Origin: Azolla caroliniana
Taxonomy: Eukaryota; Plantae; Polypodiophyta
Direction of reading: 5' to 3'
DNA length: 64,000 nucleotides
Assembly (NCBI GenBank): GCA_043228905.1
Contig: JBHGNT010000002.1
Span: 10,292,001 to 10,356,000 of the forward strand
This document shows positions 60,501 through 64,000 of the stretch, in pieces. The translations under genes were made by a program, and so were the position numbers. Every line of letters begins with the position of its first letter. Position 1 is the first letter of the stretch. The notes beneath the pieces are model-generated. The model was not told where the DNA came from, made no database searches, and saw nothing but the letters and a program-made list of their open reading frames with translations.

Positions 60501-63500
60501 TCCAACCCCCCAGCTTTCAATCGGAGATGAACAAGTCGGCGGTATGCCGACTCAAGAAGTCGCTTTACGGACTGAAGCAAGCCCCCTGAGCTTGGAATGC
60601 GAAGATCATGCACCGGTTGCGTAAGATGGGGTTTGCGGCCTCAACGTCCGACTTGTCACTATTTATCCAGAAAGGTCCGGACGGTCCAATTTGCATTTTG
60701 CTTTATGTCGATGATTTAGTCATCACCAGACCCAGACTGGATGAAATCGTTCGTGTGAAGTCCTCGTTGTCGGATGCATTTGAGATGAAGGACCTGGGGG
60801 ACCTTCATTATTTTCTTGGGATCGAGGTGATCTGAACCCCCAACAGCATATTGCTCTCACAACGCCATTATGTGTTGAATATGTTGTACAAGTTCAGCAT
60901 GATGGAATGCCAACCGATCTCTACACCCTTGGACCGGAACCTGAAGCTACATCCCGACTCCGGACCGACCTGCAATGAGAAACGGTTCCAACAAATTGTT
61001 GGAAGCCTCATATACTTGACAATCACGCGACCTGACATCAATTACCCGGTCGGAGCGATCAGCCAGTTCATGCAGAAGCCGACCGTCGAGCACCTTCAGT
61101 GCGCACACCGAATACTCCGATATGTTAGCGGCACGAAGGACTGGGGACTGTTATACCGACATGGTATAGCTGGGAAGCTAGTTGGATATACCAATGCCGA
61201 CTGGGCTGGTGATGCATCGTACTGCCGATCCACTTCCGGTTACATGTTTTCTCTTGGTAGCGCGGTTGTTGCGTGGAGCAGTAAAAAGCAGCCAACAGTG
61301 GCTCTGTCAAGCACTGAGGTTGAATACCAGGGCGCTACCATTGCCACCTGTGAAGCCATCTAGCTTTGGCGACTGCTGCGAGACCTCTGGGTCGATGTGT
61401 CAACCCCGATCCTGATCTACTACGACAACATGAGCAGCATACAGCTCGCCAAGAACCCAATGTTCCATGCTCGTACAAAGCACATAGAAGTGCATTATCA
61501 CTTTGTTCGTGAGCGGGTCTTGAGCGGTAAAGTTGAACTTCGATATGTTCACGCAGATCGGCAGGTTGCCGACATCTTCACCAAGCCGCTCGGATCGGAC
61601 AAGTTTGTAGACTCCAAAATGATTCCTCAACCTTTATAGTGCCACTATAACCTCTAACGACTCGTTGAATTTAGACATAATCGTTCATTTATGTTTGATT
61701 CCCCAAGCCAAGCCCTACACATATTGAATAGGTCAAATCTCAGATCGGCGTTGTGCAAATAGAATTAAATCTTATCCCTCAAAGCATGGTGTTAGAGGCC
61801 AAGATCTCCAATTCCTTTCATATAATCTACCACCATGTGCATGTGGTCCAACATATACTTGAATTTGTCTTCATTTTTATTGCATTTTTGCATTCGTCGA
61901 TAGGATGAACAATGTACTCCATATGATGCACGTAATTAAAATGTAAGACATTTAGTCCATGTAACCATGTCAACATGTGTAGTTTGGTTGGAACTAACAA
62001 AATAACTATAACCATTTGCATGATCACATAAATCATGTTGCCTTTTTATGTTCCTCTATAAAAACAAGAGGAACATAAGGGTTTCTCACAATTCTCACCA
62101 CAAAAAGGTTTGGGTTGTAATGTTCTCCATCATGGGCAAGACTTTGATAAACCCTCCCAACCCCACCCCAATAATAGTGATATCAACAAACATCAAATTC
62201 ATACATGATTTCTAAATCCCAAGTGTTTGTGTGCACATTTGGGAACGGTTTCTGGGTAAGATCGTGAGCTTCATTATATATTTCCATACCCGCTCCACAC
62301 TCTCATTGAGCACTGATGAAGAACCTCATGGGACTGTGTGTGTAAAACAATATTTATTTTTCCACACATGGGGCTATAAATTGATCCCAAATCATTTGTA
62401 CAACCCAAATTATTAAGTTGGGACGATATCACAATCTGCCAATTGTCATGGCAAATTTGTACATGTCAAAACAAGAGCTTCAAGATTGTGCATGTCAATT
62501 ACCATGTAACTTTCCGATAGTCAAAAAAATTCTTGAATTGCATTGGGTGCACACTCTCAATTTCTGCATTTCATGTGCTTAGCAATGTCTCCTTCTATGT
62601 CCATATATCATATATGTATATGTGACTCGTCTCCACATGTTTGATGCGGTAAGTTTCAAATCATTGTCCATATGCAAACTCGAACATTCTTACTCATCTT
62701 TAAACGCGTTGAATTCAAACATAGTCATTGACTCATTTACATATGTTTGATTCCTCGAGCCCAACAAATATTTAATGCAAGAAATCCCGCCTTGGCCAAA
62801 AGGCAATTTACACAATTAAATGCATTCCCTCAAAGCATGGTGTTCCAAGCCAAGAAGATCTTCAATTGCTTTCATATAATCTCCCATCATGTACATGTGG
62901 TCCAACCAAAACGTGAACGGATCACTATTTTTATCCTATATTTTGTATTAGTACATAAGACTAACAACGTACTATTGGTGAGTGTCTTACTATTTTTTAT
63001 TATTGCATTTGTAGATGAGATGGACAATGTACTCAATATGACTCGCGTGGAAGTAAAATAGGAGAGGTTTGGGCCATGTATGATGTGTGAGTAGGAAATG
63101 TGTGAAATGTTGGTAGTTTAGATGGAGATAAGTATGACTATTACCATGGTCACATAAACCACAATATGAGTCTGCGTGGAACTAAAATAGAAGAGGTCTG
63201 GGACATGTAATGATGTGAGTAGGAAGTGTGTGACAAGTTGGTAGTCTAACTCTAGATGGACATAACTATGACTATTTACATGGTCACATAAATCCTTGTC
63301 CCTATTTTTTAGGTCTTTTAATCCAGTCCGGAACCCTGAAATCAAGAAGATTGACAATAAATATGAATAATCATATAGAAGTGCCATTATAAACATTAAG
63401 ATGGTCTTTGCGAGACCCAGAAGAGTCTTGGGGGGCCCGGAAATCACCGACTGTGGAATACATATACATATAATAGCACAAAGAGGACATACATGCATAC

Positions 63501-64000
63501 ATACATACATAACAAGGAAGGATCTGAATCAAGCATGGGACGTATGGATCCAATCTTAAAGCGGCCATAATTTTCTCTCCCATTGGAATATTAAGAACCC
63601 TAAGGTCTAGCAATTAAGTGTTCTGTGGCATAATCGCCGAATACAATACATCCATACAAATTAATCGTCGTCTTGAAGATGTCCCATCGATTGGAATAAC
63701 CGCTCCTCCTTAACGATTTGACAAGTGAATAGAAGATATATAGATACATATACATACATATTAAGTGAATAGATGTACATAGATAGATACATGCATCACT
63801 TCCAAAGTTGGGGGTGGGTGGACAAATATAATTTATTAATGGCAAAATCTGAACTCAAGTCTCATGCAATGAATCGAAAGCACAGACAGCTCTTCATATT
63901 AACAAAAAGAAGGAAAAATGTGCGTCTGAAGGCTTAGATGAGATGACTCCTTTGTTCCTAACTTATTATTGAAAGGATAGATAGATAGAAGACACAACCA

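Larger units (their letters stand above)
56775..61605 (+). mobile_element. Ty1/Copia copy A2 (same family as 1-5500), 3'-truncated at the end of RNase H
   Basis: 5' LTR 56775-57235 (TGTTG...TCACA), PBS TGGTATCAGAGC at 57236, and gag-PR-IN-RT-RH fragments colinear with A1. Similarity stops after ADIFTKPLGSDK, with no 3' LTR. Confidence 0.94.

Overview
Repeat-rich eukaryotic DNA from a land plant, probably a bryophyte or other non-seed plant (inferred from the expansin gene and the TE families). Only two host genes are evident: an At4g08330-like CxxC zinc-binding protein (41406-42068) and an alpha-expansin (50429-51732). The rest is nested transposons: Ty1/Copia copies, a chromodomain Ty3/Gypsy, solo LTRs, RTE/RTEX-type and L1 LINEs, and hAT and Mutator non-autonomous elements. 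The standout is a 7.67-kb cut-and-paste element (10598-18267) with 33-bp perfect TIRs and a 4-bp TSD (CACA), inserted into a Copia integrase. It carries an intact 890-aa Sola-like DDD transposase with a C-terminal BAH-like domain. Divergently from this, it carries a spliceosomal-intron-containing gene for a ParB-like domain fused to a bacterial-type beta-class N6A/N4C DNA methyltransferase. An array of inverted 20-bp motifs lies in the predicted first intron of that gene. The MTase gene in this copy has an in-frame stop. All family and domain assignments come from motif reading only; no database searches were run.
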